Assembly: GCA_903829015.1 (NCBI GenBank)
Contig: CAIKOJ010000098.1
Coordinates: 1,773 to 65,772 of the forward strand
Length of the DNA: 64,000 nucleotides
Source: an uncultured Bacteroidota bacterium
GTDB taxonomy: Bacteria; Bacteroidota; Bacteroidia; Chitinophagales; Chitinophagaceae
Direction: 5' to 3'
Position 1 is the first letter of the stretch, and every line of letters starts with the position of its first letter. A program made the position numbers and the translations under genes. Below, in pieces: positions 27,809 to 38,626 of the stretch. The notes beneath the pieces are model-generated. The model saw only the letters and a program-made list of their open reading frames with translations. It was not told where the DNA came from and made no database searches.

Positions 27809-28888
27809 ATGACTGCCATTTCTACTCAATCCATAGCTACTGCATTATTATTGTCTGTATCACTTTTGTCCAGGGCACAGGATAAAACCCCACTGGCCTA
27901 TCCGGATGAAAAGCATTTTAAAAACATGCGCCAGCTTACCAACGGCGGAGACAATGCAGAGGCGTATTTTGGATTTGACAATGAGCATGTAACTTTTCAG
28001 CGCACCAACCCCAAAGAGGGTGTGGACTGCGATCAGATATTTTATGGTACAATTCCAAAATCAGCAACAGGTAAATTTGATTACAAGAAGGTAAGCACAG
28101 GTAAGGGTAGAACTACATGTGCCTACCTGATGCCCGACAAAAAGCATTTTTTGTACGCATCGACCCACAAGGCCGCAGATACCTGTCCGCCCACACCAGA
28201 CAGAAGCAAGATCAAGAAATATGTATGGCCTATTTACGACAGCTATGATATTTATGTAGCTGACTTTAACGGCAAGATCACCAAGCAACTGACCAATACT
28301 CCGGGCTATGATGCCGAGGGTACTGTATCGCCAAAGGGAGATAAGATCATCTTCACTAGTATGCGCAATGGTGATATAGACCTGTACACCATGAACCTGG
28401 ACGGCACCAATGTAAAGCAGATCACCAACACGCTGGGTTATGATGGTGGTGCGTGTTTCTCGCCCGATGGTAAGAAAATAGTATGGCGTGCAAGCAGACC
28501 GCAAACAGAAGCCGATGCAAAGGAGTATAAAGAATTGCTGGCACAGGGGCTGGTAATGCCTACCAAAATGGAATTGTTTATAGCCAATGCAGATGGTACA
28601 GATGCGCATCAGGTAACACACCTGGGTAAGGCTAACTGGGCACCAGCTTTTACACCAGATAGTAAGAGGCTGATCTTCGCATCGAACCACGAATACGAAA
28701 GAGGTTTTCCGTTTAATCTATACCTGGTGAATTTTGACGGTACCGGACTGGAGCGCATTTCTCATGACGGCAGTTTCGATGCCTTCCCAATGTTCTCGCC
28801 AGATGGTAAGAAGCTGATCTTCAGTTCTAACCGCAACAACAACGGCGGGCATGATACCAATGTATTTATTTGTGATTGGGTGGAGTAG
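27809..28888 (+). CDS. TolB-like PD40 beta-propeller secreted protein
   Basis: Repeated SPDGKK..F.S motifs, GYDAEGTVSPKG, signal peptide. Confidence 0.85.
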   Translation: MTAISTQSIATALLLSVSLLSRAQDKTPLAYPDEKHFKNMRQLTNGGDNAEAYFGFDNEHVTFQRTNPKEGVDCDQIFYGTIPKSATGKFDYKKVSTGKGRTTCAYLMPDKKHFLYASTHKAADTCPPTPDRSKIKKYVWPIYDSYDIYVADFNGKITKQLTNTPGYDAEGTVSPKGDKIIFTSMRNGDIDLYTMNLDGTNVKQITNTLGYDGGACFSPDGKKIVWRASRPQTEADAKEYKELLAQGLVMPTKMELFIANADGTDAHQVTHLGKANWAPAFTPDSKRLIFASNHEYERGFPFNLYLVNFDGTGLERISHDGSFDAFPMFSPDGKKLIFSSNRNNNGGHDTNVFICDWVE

Positions 28889-28893
28889 GATCG

Positions 28894-29436
28894 CTATAGT
28901 TTCCAACTGTCCTGAACATAGAACCAGAGTGAAACCAAAGCGACGTTAATAAAGCTGGTAAGGAAAATCTTTGCAACAAGATTTGCTCTGTGAGTTTTGG
29001 AAAATTGTATTTTCCAAATAATAAACGTGAACATTATTGATGCCAGGTATGGAAAGCCTAATCCTTGTTTGTCTCGTACCTCACCATAATAGAAGGTTGA
29101 TCCATAATACAATTCAAACCAAGCTAAGAAGCCAATTGTAAAGGCAGAAAAAAGGCAAATTACTTTTGCAAATTTCTTCTCTCTAAAGGTCATTAAATAA
29201 AAAGAAATTAGGAAAATACTTCTGGCAATAAATCCAATCGCAAATGTAATTAGGATACCAGTGTTTGTATAATAAGCTTTGAAGGGATTTTCATTTGGCA
29301 AAGAATAGTTGAGAAAAACGCCTATGCAATAACCCAGCAAACTAAGAAGAGTTAGAGTTGCTATACAGAGTTCAAAATAATTGTTTGCGCGACGATTATG
29401 TGCCTCTGAGATATTATGGGTTATATATCTATTCAT
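28894..29436 (-). CDS. Hypothetical multi-pass membrane protein
   Basis: 180-aa AT-rich ORF with about five hydrophobic segments. Confidence 0.6.
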   Translation of the reverse strand: MNRYITHNISEAHNRRANNYFELCIATLTLLSLLGYCIGVFLNYSLPNENPFKAYYTNTGILITFAIGFIARSIFLISFYLMTFREKKFAKVICLFSAFTIGFLAWFELYYGSTFYYGEVRDKQGLGFPYLASIMFTFIIWKIQFSKTHRANLVAKIFLTSFINVALVSLWFYVQDSWKL

Positions 29437-29553
29437 AAAAGCCCTTTAAGTAAATGTAGTAAAATTCGTCTTGAGTAAATAGTGCACTTATAAACATTAC
29501 CAAAGAAATTCTTTTTCCAATTCCCTGCTACATCATACATTCGCAGCCTTAAG

Positions 29554-31812
29554 ATGGAAACTATAGATTATGCAGGCGGCGTTGCCGCTAAACTGAATTT
29601 AAGACAGAAGGATGTATTGGTGGTGCTGGAACTGCTGGCCGAAGGAGCTACAATTCCGTTCATAGCACGATACCGGAAAGACAAGACAGGTGCGCTGGAT
29701 GAGGTGCAGATACAGCAGATACAGGACGAGGCGAATTTTCAGAAGGAGTTTGCGGAGCGCAAAGCTTTTATTGAAAAGACTATTGCGGAGCAGGGCAAGA
29801 TGACCGAAGAACTGCAGGCGAAAATAAACGCAGCAACAACCATTGCCGGACTGGAAGATCTGTATCTACCTTACAAACCTAAACGTAAAACAAAGGCACA
29901 AACTGCCAGAGAAAACGGACTGGAGCCGCTCGCAATTCTGCTGTTGGAGCAACGCAATATTGATATAAGTAAGGAAGCGTCTGCCTTTGTAAATGAGCAG
30001 GTGAAATCTGCTGATGATGCACTGCAGGGAGCCAGGGATATAATTGCCGAACAGGTGAATGAACATGCAGAGGTGCGCACACGCATCCGTAATCTGTTTG
30101 AAAAGCAGGCGACGGTGCAGAGTAAGGTGCTGGCTGATAAAGAACAGGAAGGCATAAAGTATAAAGACTACTTTGATTTTTCGGAGCCGATATCCAAGAT
30201 ACCATCGCACCGTATGCTGGCTATCATGCGTGGGTTTATGGATGGTATGCTGCGTATGGCGATTTCGCCGGTGGAAGAAGATGCATTGGTGTTGATAGAA
30301 GATCAGTTCATCAAGGCAGACAACGAGGCTGCGGCACAGGTGAAAAAGGCGATCAAAGATTCGTGGCGCAGGCTGCTACTGCCGGGGCTGGAAAGTGAAT
30401 TCAGGGCGGTACTTAAGGCAAAGGCAGATGAAGAAGCGATCAATGTATTTGCGGAGAATCTGAGGCAATTGCTGTTGAGTTCGCCATTGGGCAGTAAGCG
30501 GATACTGGCCATAGATCCGGGTTACCGCACAGGCTGCAAGGTGGTATGCCTTGACGAGCAGGGGGCACTTATAAAGACGGGGCTGATATACATACACGAG
30601 CCTGGCAGGCTAATAGATGCCGAGCATAAAATACGATCATTAGTAAAGGAGCACAACATACAGGCCATATCTGTAGGTGATGGCACGGCAGGGCGGGAGA
30701 CGGAGCAGTTCGTGAAAAAACTAAATCTGGGTCTGCCTGTATTTCTGGTAAACGAAGACGGAGCCTCGATTTATTCGGCATCGGAAACTGCAAGGGAGGA
30801 ATTTCCGAATGAGGATATAACTATACGTGGTGCAGTAAGTATAGGGAGGAGGCTGATGGACCCGCTGGCCGAACTGGTTAAAATAGATCCGAAGAGTATT
30901 GGCGTAGGGCAGTATCAGCACGATGTAAATCAGGTGAGGCTTAAGGAGCGCCTTGATCAGACAGTGGTGAGTTGTGTAAATACGGTAGGTGTAAATCTCA
31001 ACACAGCCAGCAAGCATCTGCTGAGTTATGTGAGTGGTATAGGGCCTTCTATTGCTGAGAATATTATCGCACACAGAAATGAACTGGGCAGGTTCACATC
31101 GAGGAGGCAGCTGATGAAAGTGCCACGGCTGGGTAACAAGGCATATGAACAGTGTGCAGGGTTCCTGCGTATCAAGGACGGGGATGATCCGCTGGATGCC
31201 AGTGCTGTGCACCCTGAAGCGTATAAGGTAGTTGCTGCAATGGCTACAGATATTGGTGTTGATGTGAAGACACTAATAGGCAATGATGAGTTGATCAAGA
31301 AGCTGGAGCCGAAAAAATACATCACACCCGAAACCGGTGAACTGACGCTGAAGGATATAATCAACGAGTTGAAGAAACCCGGACTTGACCCACGTAGTGA
31401 AGTACAGACTTTTGAGTTTGCCGCCATCTATGGAATTGAGGATGTGAAAGTAGGGATGGTGGTACCGGGCTCAGTAACCAACATTACGAGGTTTGGCGCA
31501 TTCATTGATATCGGTGTAAAGCAGGATGGGTTGGTACACGTGTCGGAGATAGCGCATAAATATATTACCGACCCGAATGAGGTGCTTAAACTGAATCAGA
31601 AAGTAACGGTTGTGGTTACAGAGGTAGATATAGCGCGCAAACGCATAGCATTGTCAATAAAGCAGGCACAGGATCCGCCTGCAGGCAAAGACAAGCAGCA
31701 GCCAAGGACGGCTAAACCACAAAAGGATTTTAACAAGCCCAAAGAGAAGGAACCCAAAGAGCTAAGTATGAACGATGCGCTGAGTTTGCTGAAGAACAGG
31801 TTTGGGAAGTAG
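29554..31812 (+). CDS. tex: Tex family RNA-binding transcriptional accessory protein
   Basis: [31 protein letters not shown], HhH and C-terminal S1 domain. Confidence 0.95.
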   Translation: METIDYAGGVAAKLNLRQKDVLVVLELLAEGATIPFIARYRKDKTGALDEVQIQQIQDEANFQKEFAERKAFIEKTIAEQGKMTEELQAKINAATTIAGLEDLYLPYKPKRKTKAQTARENGLEPLAILLLEQRNIDISKEASAFVNEQVKSADDALQGARDIIAEQVNEHAEVRTRIRNLFEKQATVQSKVLADKEQEGIKYKDYFDFSEPISKIPSHRMLAIMRGFMDGMLRMAISPVEEDALVLIEDQFIKADNEAAAQVKKAIKDSWRRLLLPGLESEFRAVLKAKADEEAINVFAENLRQLLLSSPLGSKRILAIDPGYRTGCKVVCLDEQGALIKTGLIYIHEPGRLIDAEHKIRSLVKEHNIQAISVGDGTAGRETEQFVKKLNLGLPVFLVNEDGASIYSASETAREEFPNEDITIRGAVSIGRRLMDPLAELVKIDPKSIGVGQYQHDVNQVRLKERLDQTVVSCVNTVGVNLNTASKHLLSYVSGIGPSIAENIIAHRNELGRFTSRRQLMKVPRLGNKAYEQCAGFLRIKDGDDPLDASAVHPEAYKVVAAMATDIGVDVKTLIGNDELIKKLEPKKYITPETGELTLKDIINELKKPGLDPRSEVQTFEFAAIYGIEDVKVGMVVPGSVTNITRFGAFIDIGVKQDGLVHVSEIAHKYITDPNEVLKLNQKVTVVVTEVDIARKRIALSIKQAQDPPAGKDKQQPRTAKPQKDFNKPKEKEPKELSMNDALSLLKNRFGK

Positions 31813-31922
31813 GGGGATTGGGAATTGGGAATTGGGAATTGAGAATTTGGGATTTGGGAATTTGGAGTTGGGGATTTGGGAGTTGGGGATTGGGAATTTG
31901 GAATTGGTAATTGGGAATTGGG
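31812..31922 (+). repeat. G-rich heptamer array (GGGAATT-like units) starting at the tex stop codon
   Basis: GGGAATT/GGGATTT/GGAGTT units over about 110 bp. Confidence 0.95.
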
Positions 31923-31970
31923 TTTGTGCGGAAATTTGTATTTTGTACGCCGTAGGGATGTGCCTCGCAG

Positions 31971-32001
31971 ACTTACGACTCATAACTTACGACTCTCAAC
32001 T
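31971..32001 (+). repeat. A/C-rich heptamer array (ACTTACG ACTCATA ACTTACG ACTCTCA ACT) abutting the crcB ATG
   Basis: Read directly from the sequence; ATG at 32002. Confidence 0.85.
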
Positions 32002-32373
32002 ATGTTACGATCCTTATTATTGGTAGGTGCCGGTGGGGCGGCGGGCAGTATGGTCAGGTATGGAGCAAGCCTGATCATTGGCAGGCTGTTTGCTAGTCCT
32101 ATCAATTATACGGCTACGTTTTTCATTAATGTTTTGGGTTGTTTGCTTATTGGTTTGCTGTTTGGTTTTTTGAGTAAGCAGCAAATGTCTGATGGTACGT
32201 GGCTGATCCTGGCTACAGGGTTTTGTGGTGGGTTCACTACGTTTTCCACGTTCGCACTGGAGAATGTGAACCTGATGCAAAAAGGACAAACGGTGACCGC
32301 AATCATATATACCGGTGCGAGTGTGGTGGTGGGGTTATTGCTTTGCCGTGTTGGGATTTGGTTGGCAGGGTAG
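32002..32373 (+). CDS. crcB: Fluoride efflux channel CrcB/FluC
   Basis: [21 protein letters not shown] and [12 protein letters not shown] motifs; true start ATG 32002. Confidence 0.95.
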   Translation: MLRSLLLVGAGGAAGSMVRYGASLIIGRLFASPINYTATFFINVLGCLLIGLLFGFLSKQQMSDGTWLILATGFCGGFTTFSTFALENVNLMQKGQTVTAIIYTGASVVVGLLLCRVGIWLAG

Positions 32374-32474
32374 TAATACACGCATATCAGATATTGGAAA
32401 ATAATGCACTCCGGCATTGGGAAATAATGTGATTGATATATTAAATCTCAATACCAATCGCCTCATTTCACGTA

Positions 32475-32491
32475 TAACTTTGGTAATTTTG
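32475..32491 (+). promoter_or_regulatory. Tandem -7 promoter elements for sucB
   Basis: TAACTTTG at 32475-32482 and TAATTTTG at 32484-32491. Confidence 0.6.
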
Positions 32492-32515
32492 CGGCCATAA
32501 GAAAAATATATTTTC

Positions 32516-33736
32516 ATGATAGATATTGTGGTGCCTACGGTTGGTGAGTCGATCAGTGAAGTGAGTTTGGTGAAATGGCTGAAAAAGGAAGGCGATTATG
32601 TGAACAGAGACGAGGTTTTGTGTGAACTGGAGTCGGAGAAGGCGACGTTTGAACTGAATGCAGAGCAGGCGGGTGTGCTGAATATTGTGGCTCAGGAAGG
32701 AACCACACTCAATATTGGTGACCTTGTGTGTAAGATAGACGAAACTGCTGCAAAGCCTGCGGGGACTCCTGAAAAAGAAGTGTCTGCCGCAAAAGCAGCA
32801 ACTGCGCAACCGGAACCTAAAAAGGAAACAACTAAAGACGCTCCCAAAAGTGAACTGAAGGCTACCCCTGTTGCCGCAGCAATAATGACCGACAAGCAAG
32901 TGAAGCATACCGAAGTAAAGGGTTCGGGACCTAAAGGAAGAATATTGAAGCATGATGTGCTGGAGGCATTAGCTCATCCGGGCCGTAAGGGTGGTGATGA
33001 AGCTTTTAGCCGTGAAGTGAAAAAAGAAAAGATGAGCAATCTGCGCAAAACAGTTTCGCACAGGCTGGTAGAGGCTAAGAACAGCACTGCGATGCTCACT
33101 ACGTTTAATGAAGTGGATATGTCGCGTATCATGGAGATACGCAAACAGTATAAAGATACTTTTAAGGAGTCGCACGGTGTGAACCTGGGCTTTATGTCTT
33201 TCTTTGTTAAGGCATGTTGTATGGCGTTAACGGAGTATCCTGCAGTTAATGCGTATGTAGATGGTGAGTCGCTGATCTTCCACGATTACTGCGATATTTC
33301 GATTGCGGTTTCTGCACCCAAGGGGCTTGTAGTACCCATTATCCGTAATGCAGAGAGCCTGTCTATGGCCGATGTGGAGAAGAAGGTTGTGGAACTGGCA
33401 ACCAAGGCGCGGGAAAACAAACTGACCCCGGACGAAATGACCGGCGGCACTTTTACCATTACCAATGGAGGTGTGTTTGGCTCTCTGATGTCTACGCCTA
33501 TTCTCAATATCCCACAGTCGGCAATACTGGGTATGCACAAGATCCAGGACAGGCCAATGGCCATCAACGGGAAAGTGGAAATACGCCCCATGATGTATGT
33601 GGCACTCAGCTACGACCACCGTGTAATAGACGGACGTGAGTCGGTTGGATTTCTGGTACGTGTAAAAGAACTGCTGGAAAACCCTGAATTATTACTGATA
33701 GGAAAGGATCCGGTGAAGGCGTTGTTGGAGCTGTAG
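32516..33736 (+). CDS. sucB: 2-oxoglutarate dehydrogenase E2, dihydrolipoyllysine succinyltransferase
   Basis: Lipoyl domain ELESEKA, E3-binding domain, YDHRVIDG. Confidence 0.96.
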   Translation: MIDIVVPTVGESISEVSLVKWLKKEGDYVNRDEVLCELESEKATFELNAEQAGVLNIVAQEGTTLNIGDLVCKIDETAAKPAGTPEKEVSAAKAATAQPEPKKETTKDAPKSELKATPVAAAIMTDKQVKHTEVKGSGPKGRILKHDVLEALAHPGRKGGDEAFSREVKKEKMSNLRKTVSHRLVEAKNSTAMLTTFNEVDMSRIMEIRKQYKDTFKESHGVNLGFMSFFVKACCMALTEYPAVNAYVDGESLIFHDYCDISIAVSAPKGLVVPIIRNAESLSMADVEKKVVELATKARENKLTPDEMTGGTFTITNGGVFGSLMSTPILNIPQSAILGMHKIQDRPMAINGKVEIRPMMYVALSYDHRVIDGRESVGFLVRVKELLENPELLLIGKDPVKALLEL

Positions 33737-33750
33737 GTAAGGGGCTCAGG

Positions 33751-33933
33751 CTACTTTAACCATTTCTTTAGGCGTTTCTTTGCTTCTTCTTTTGAAGCAA
33801 CAAGCCCCGCGTCTGACTGTGCTATACCTAATCGTACTTTTTCAAGAAATACAATTTTCTCAATCGCTGTTTCCGCATTAAATTTTTCGGGTAGCAGTTT
33901 AATTGATTGCATCACCTCTTTCTTTGTCAGCAT
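33751..33933 (-). CDS. Small antitoxin-like protein (orphan, no adjacent toxin)
   Basis: MLTKKEV..I..LPEKF......IVFLEKV..G..Q...G...S.EEAKKRL.KW resembles Bacteroidota antitoxins that usually precede RelE/ParE toxins (recognition from memory). Confidence 0.55.
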   Translation of the reverse strand: MLTKKEVMQSIKLLPEKFNAETAIEKIVFLEKVRLGIAQSDAGLVASKEEAKKRLKKWLK

Positions 33934-34021
33934 AAACGACTGATTGTTTATTCAAGTTTAAGGAAAATATCTGAAAAACAGCTAACTTCAATAGACTGAA
34001 TTATTCGCGAAACATCACGAA

Positions 34022-34051
34022 GACCCGTTGAAGGCGTTGTTGGAAATTTAG
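34022..34051 (+). repeat. Degenerate duplicate of the sucB 3' end
   Basis: GACCCGTTGAAGGCGTTGTTGGAAATTTAG (DPLKALLEI*) vs 33707-33736 GATCCGGTGAAGGCGTTGTTGGAGCTGTAG (DPVKALLEL*). Confidence 0.85.
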
Positions 34052-34088
34052 ATAGTGGGGGTTAGGTCTGACGGTATAATTTGTGACC

Positions 34089-34808
34089 CTATTCTTTCAC
34101 CTTCAACACTTTCAGCGCATTTTGTGCTGCTACCTGGCCGGCTTCTTTTTTGTTGAAGCCGGTGCCTTCTGCAACGAGGTTACCATCTATCATGATGCCT
34201 ACTGTGAACATTTTTCTGGTGCCGTCCATTTTTTCGTCGAGGGTATCGAAGGTGAGTACTGAACTCTGGCGCTGTGCCCAACTGAGCAGCTGGTTTTTGT
34301 AGTTGGTATCTGTGCTCTCCATAGTATCCAGATCTATGTAGGCACGTATGATCTGGTTGAGGATGAACTTACGGGTCTTAATAAATCCCTGGTCTAGGTA
34401 AACCGCGCCTATCAAGGCTTCCAGCGCATTGCCAAAGATATGGCTGCGGCTCAGGCCACGGTCGTTTTGGTTGTACTGCACCATTTTATTGAGGCCCATG
34501 CGCAAAGCCACATTGTTCATCGTCTCCCTGCGCACTATGCGTGAGCGCAGCTCAGTCAGGTAACCTTCGGGCTGGTAGGGATATTTCTTGAACAGATATT
34601 CTGCTATGATCGCGCCCAGTATGGCATCGCCCAAAAACTCCAGACGCTCATTGCTGTTGTTGGCATCTTCAGGTTTTGACCTGTGCATGAATGCTAGCTG
34701 GTAATAGACCATATTACCGGGAGTGAATCCCAATAAGTGTTCTAGCTGCAGTAGTAACTGCCTGTCGGACGAATTTTTGTTTAAGATGCGATTGATCAGG
34801 CGCCGCAA
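34089..34808 (-). CDS. rnc: Ribonuclease III
   Basis: NERLEFLGDAIL signature and dsRBD. Confidence 0.96.
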   Translation of the reverse strand: MRRLINRILNKNSSDRQLLLQLEHLLGFTPGNMVYYQLAFMHRSKPEDANNSNERLEFLGDAILGAIIAEYLFKKYPYQPEGYLTELRSRIVRRETMNNVALRMGLNKMVQYNQNDRGLSRSHIFGNALEALIGAVYLDQGFIKTRKFILNQIIRAYIDLDTMESTDTNYKNQLLSWAQRQSSVLTFDTLDEKMDGTRKMFTVGIMIDGNLVAEGTGFNKKEAGQVAAQNALKVLKVKE

Positions 34809-34810
34809 AA

Positions 34811-36070
34811 CTAGTCGGATGGCTTTTTAAATATAACGGATGCATTATGCCCGCCAAAACCAAATGTGTTACTCAAAGCCGCATTCACCACTCTTTTCTG
34901 AGCAGTACCGAAAGTGAAGTTGAGTCGGGGATCAAATGAAGGATCGTCCGTAAAGTGATTTATGGTTGGTGGGATAATATCATGTACCGTAGCCATTATA
35001 CCTGCGATCGCTTCTATAGCACCAGCGGCACCGAGCAGGTGGCCAGTCATAGATTTGGTAGAACTGATGTTTACATTGTAAGCATGTTCTCCAAATACGC
35101 GCTGTATCGCTGTGACTTCGCTGATGTCGCCAAGAGGAGTGGATGTACCGTGTACATTGATGTAGTCAATGTCTTCCGGTTTCAGGCCAGCATCAGCAAG
35201 GGCATTTTTCATTACATTAAACGCACCCAGTCCCTCTGGATGGGGTGCTGTGAGGTGGTAAGCATCGGCACTCAGTCCGCCGCCGGCCACTTCTGCAATG
35301 ATATTTGCTCCTCTGCGCTTGGCATGTTCGTATTCTTCCAGAACTATAGCACCTGCACCTTCTCCCAGTACAAATCCGTCGCGATTTAAATCGAACGGAC
35401 GGCTGGCAGTTTGCGGGTCATCGTTTCTTTCAGAAAGAGCTTTCATTGCGTTGAAACCACCAATACCTGCTTCTGTAACAACTGCTTCTGAGCCACCGCA
35501 CACAAATGCATCGGCCTTACCGAGGCGGATGTAGTTTAATGCGTCGATGATGGCATTGGTAGAAGAAGCACAAGCACTTACACAGGAAAAGTTTGGTCCT
35601 CTGAATCCGTATTTCATAGAGATATGACCACCGGCTATATCTAATATGAGTTTAGGAATGAAGAAAGGATTAAACCTGGGGGTTCCATCTCCGGAGTTAT
35701 AATTCTTCATCTCTTCGATGAAAGTGATCATCCCTCCGATGCCCGATCCCCAAATAACGCCAACCCTGTCGTGGTCTATTCCTTCGTCAGTAAGCCTTGC
35801 AGACTTAACCGCTTCGTCAGCAGCCACTAGAGCTATCTGAGAAAAGCGGTCAAGTTTGCGGGCTTCTTTTCTATCGAAATAGTTTTCAGGATTGAAGTCC
35901 TTCAGTTCGCAAGCAAATTTTGTTTTGAACTTTGTAACATCAAACTGTTTAACAAAATCAGCACCTGAAACGCCATTAATCAAGCCTTCCCAGTATTCGG
36001 GAACAGTTTTGCCCAATGGCGTTACGGCACCAAGGCCCGTAACGACAACACGTTTTAACGTAATGTTCAT
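34811..36070 (-). CDS. fabF: Beta-ketoacyl-ACP synthase II
   Basis: SACASS, HGTSTPLGD, GHLLGAAG and SNTFGFGGHN motifs. Confidence 0.96.
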   Translation of the reverse strand: MNITLKRVVVTGLGAVTPLGKTVPEYWEGLINGVSGADFVKQFDVTKFKTKFACELKDFNPENYFDRKEARKLDRFSQIALVAADEAVKSARLTDEGIDHDRVGVIWGSGIGGMITFIEEMKNYNSGDGTPRFNPFFIPKLILDIAGGHISMKYGFRGPNFSCVSACASSTNAIIDALNYIRLGKADAFVCGGSEAVVTEAGIGGFNAMKALSERNDDPQTASRPFDLNRDGFVLGEGAGAIVLEEYEHAKRRGANIIAEVAGGGLSADAYHLTAPHPEGLGAFNVMKNALADAGLKPEDIDYINVHGTSTPLGDISEVTAIQRVFGEHAYNVNISSTKSMTGHLLGAAGAIEAIAGIMATVHDIIPPTINHFTDDPSFDPRLNFTFGTAQKRVVNAALSNTFGFGGHNASVIFKKPSD

Positions 36071-36102
36071 TTAACGATTTTCAGTTACAGATTTTGAGTA
36101 AA

Positions 36103-36339
36103 TTACTTTACATGTTCTTCCAGATAGGAAATAGCCTGGCCAACCGTAGTGATGGTTTCAGCCTGCTCATCAGGAATAGAGATGTTGAATTCTTTTTCGA
36201 ATTCCATGATTAATTCAACTGTGTCCAACGAGTCGGCGCCAAGGTCATTTGTAAAGCTGGCTTCCGGAGTAACCTCTGATTCGTCAACACCTAATTTGTC
36301 CACGATAATTTTCTTAACTCGATTTGCAATTTCAGACAT
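36103..36339 (-). CDS. acpP: Acyl carrier protein
   Basis: [11 protein letters not shown] phosphopantetheine attachment motif. Confidence 0.97.
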   Translation of the reverse strand: MSEIANRVKKIIVDKLGVDESEVTPEASFTNDLGADSLDTVELIMEFEKEFNISIPDEQAETITTVGQAISYLEEHVK

Positions 36340-36366
36340 AGAATGATCCGTTTAAATTTTATGGTG

Positions 36367-36374
36367 CAAAAATA
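36367..36374 (-). promoter_or_regulatory. -7 promoter element for acpP-fabF-rnc
   Basis: TATTTTTG on the minus strand. Confidence 0.6.
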
Positions 36375-36605
36375 TACTTTTTGGGAGAATGGTAAAGGAT
36401 TATTTTACCGAAACGGCTTTTTTTTGCTAACACTCGCAAAAACTGAGCTTTATCGTTAACTATTTTATTGGATATATGCCCCTTTTTCACCCAAAATGCA
36501 GAAAGATCGGCGTCGAAGCAAAATGATCATCATTTATAAGCTGCTTACTGAGAAAGATGATCACTTATTAACGCCAAAGTTATGGGCATTATAAATGTTT
36601 ATTAT

Positions 36606-37817
36606 TTAAGGCTTTTTCCGTTTAAATTTATTGTATTTCTTTTTGCCCGCTGGCTTGGTGGCGCCCTCTTCGGGCGATGGTGCCTTACCAAATTGCTCGG
36701 GTACTGCCTGCCTGGTCACCTGCCTACCTATCAGCTGCTCTATTTTGTCGAACTTGTACAGTTCTTTGGGTACAACAAACGTATAGGCAGTTCCTTTGCT
36801 GGCGGCGCGGGCTGTTCGGCCTATTCTGTGGATATAGTCTTCGCCATCGTGCGGTACATCGAAATTGATAACGAGGTCTATATCCTCTATATCTATCCCC
36901 CGGCTTAGGATATCTGTAGCCACCAGGATCTTCAGTTTCTTACTTCTGAAATCCAGCAGTACCTGCTCTCTTTGTTCCTGTTCCAGATCGCTTTGTATCT
37001 GTCCCACAGGGAATTTGGCTCTCTTTAACTCCTCGCATAACTGTTTCACACTTTGTTTACTGGAGCAGAAAACCAGCACACTGCCGAATTCTTTCTGCTG
37101 CAGCACCCATTTTACCAATGGTATTTTCTGAGCATCGTATACCAGGAACATTTCCTGCACGATCTGCTCAGGTGGTTTTGATATGGCAATATTTATTTCG
37201 GCGGGGTTATGTAAAATAGTATTGGCTAGTTTGCGTATACCCGGCGGCATGGTAGCCGAAAACAACAGGTTCTGCCGCTGCTTGGGCATATAGGAAATGA
37301 TCTTGATGATGTCTTCATAAAATCCCATATCCAGCATGCGATCGGCCTCATCAAGTATCAAATACCTGAGTGCGTCCATCTTCACATAGCCCATGTTCAG
37401 GTGAGATATCATACGACCAGGTGTGCAGATAACGATATCTACGCCTGAGGTGAGTGCTTTCTTTTCGGCAGCGAACGAGGCGCCACCTGTGCCGCCATAC
37501 ACTTCTATAAAGCTCACATCGGTGTAATAGGAGATGCCTTCCAGCGTTTGCGATATCTGCACAGCCAGTTCGCGCGTAGGCACAATGATCATCGCATTAA
37601 TGTTGTGCGAGTCGTGGTGCTCAGAGAGCAGACGGTGGATCACCGGCAAAAGAAAAGCCGCTGTTTTACCGGTGCCGGTCTGCGCTGCAGCTATAATGTC
37701 TCTACCGGCTATTATGTGGGGTATTACCTGTTCTTGTACAGGTGTAGCGGTGCGGTATCCCATGGCATCAATGCCATCCATCAAATCGTCATCAAACCCA
37801 AAATCTATAAAATCCAA
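36606..37817 (-). CDS. DEAD/DEAH box RNA helicase (RhlE-like)
   Basis: AQTGTGKT, PTRELA, DEAD, SAT and HRIGRTAR motifs; TTG start. Confidence 0.93.
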   Translation of the reverse strand: MDFIDFGFDDDLMDGIDAMGYRTATPVQEQVIPHIIAGRDIIAAAQTGTGKTAAFLLPVIHRLLSEHHDSHNINAMIIVPTRELAVQISQTLEGISYYTDVSFIEVYGGTGGASFAAEKKALTSGVDIVICTPGRMISHLNMGYVKMDALRYLILDEADRMLDMGFYEDIIKIISYMPKQRQNLLFSATMPPGIRKLANTILHNPAEINIAISKPPEQIVQEMFLVYDAQKIPLVKWVLQQKEFGSVLVFCSSKQSVKQLCEELKRAKFPVGQIQSDLEQEQREQVLLDFRSKKLKILVATDILSRGIDIEDIDLVINFDVPHDGEDYIHRIGRTARAASKGTAYTFVVPKELYKFDKIEQLIGRQVTRQAVPEQFGKAPSPEEGATKPAGKKKYNKFKRKKP

Positions 37818-37940
37818 ACCAGTCTGTTTTACTTATGTATTTGAGTAAAGATAAGATAAAGTAACGAATACATGGTTTTGCCCGGAATAATACATACTCT
37901 GGCGTACGGCAACAGATAGGTTGGCTGCAGCCTTTGAAAC

Positions 37941-38612
37941 TTATTGTATCTCCCGTACGGTTATGGCAACCGGTTGGTCATTTTTATATGTAGTTCGTTT
38001 CAGCCAGTTGCCGTTTTTGTCGGTATTGTCGTAATCAAACGTAGTGGCGAACTTCAGGCTTTTGTGCGAATCGTATTCTTTGCTGGTTATCTCGTTGCCA
38101 TACTCATCAAATTTGGAATTGCATTTCAGAAAAAGAGCTCCAAACGAATTGTAGCTGTCTTTTACTATACGGTTGCCCTTGCCATCGTACTTCGACAATA
38201 CCTTCATAAACAAAGTGCCGTTGAAGTCATAATTGTACTCTTCAATTATGTTGCCCTTTTCGTCGTAGCGGCAGGTGGTCTTTACATTCAGTGTGCCATC
38301 GGCCTTGTACCTCAGTTCTTCCACCAGTTTATCGCTGTCGTTGTAAGAGAATGTGGTGCGTGAAAGTATGGCACCAGTTGGCGAATAGGTGACAAACTCT
38401 TTCATATTCCCTTTTTCGTTGAACTTAGAAACTGCTTTGAGTTTCATGCTGTCGCCTGCAGCATTGTATTCGGTTTCTGTGACCGTAGTTATGTTGCCTT
38501 TTAGTTTCTGGCGTTTCAGGTCGTTTTTGAAATGGTTATGAGTGCCGGTTGTTTGCGCGAAAAGGCAGATAGTGCCGGCTAAAAGTAAAAGTGACGTAAG
38601 CGATATTTTCAT
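37941..38612 (-). CDS. Secreted YD-repeat-like protein
   Basis: Signal peptide, LKGNIT, repeated YDEKGN/YDGKGN/FDEYGN turns. Confidence 0.75.
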   Translation of the reverse strand: MKISLTSLLLLAGTICLFAQTTGTHNHFKNDLKRQKLKGNITTVTETEYNAAGDSMKLKAVSKFNEKGNMKEFVTYSPTGAILSRTTFSYNDSDKLVEELRYKADGTLNVKTTCRYDEKGNIIEEYNYDFNGTLFMKVLSKYDGKGNRIVKDSYNSFGALFLKCNSKFDEYGNEITSKEYDSHKSLKFATTFDYDNTDKNGNWLKRTTYKNDQPVAITVREIQ

Positions 38613-38626
38613 TTTGCTTTCAGTAT

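Noticed and set aside
31925-32001. Fluoride riboswitch upstream of crcB
   Set aside because: No GGCGATGG…/pseudoknot consensus is recognisable; the leader is heptamer repeats. An Infernal search would settle it.
31762-32026. ORFs 31762-31983 (-) and 31802-32026 (+), and the long N-terminal extension of crcB
   Set aside because: These are translations of the GGGAATT repeat (GIGNWEL/PIPNSQ patterns); crcB homology starts at 32002.
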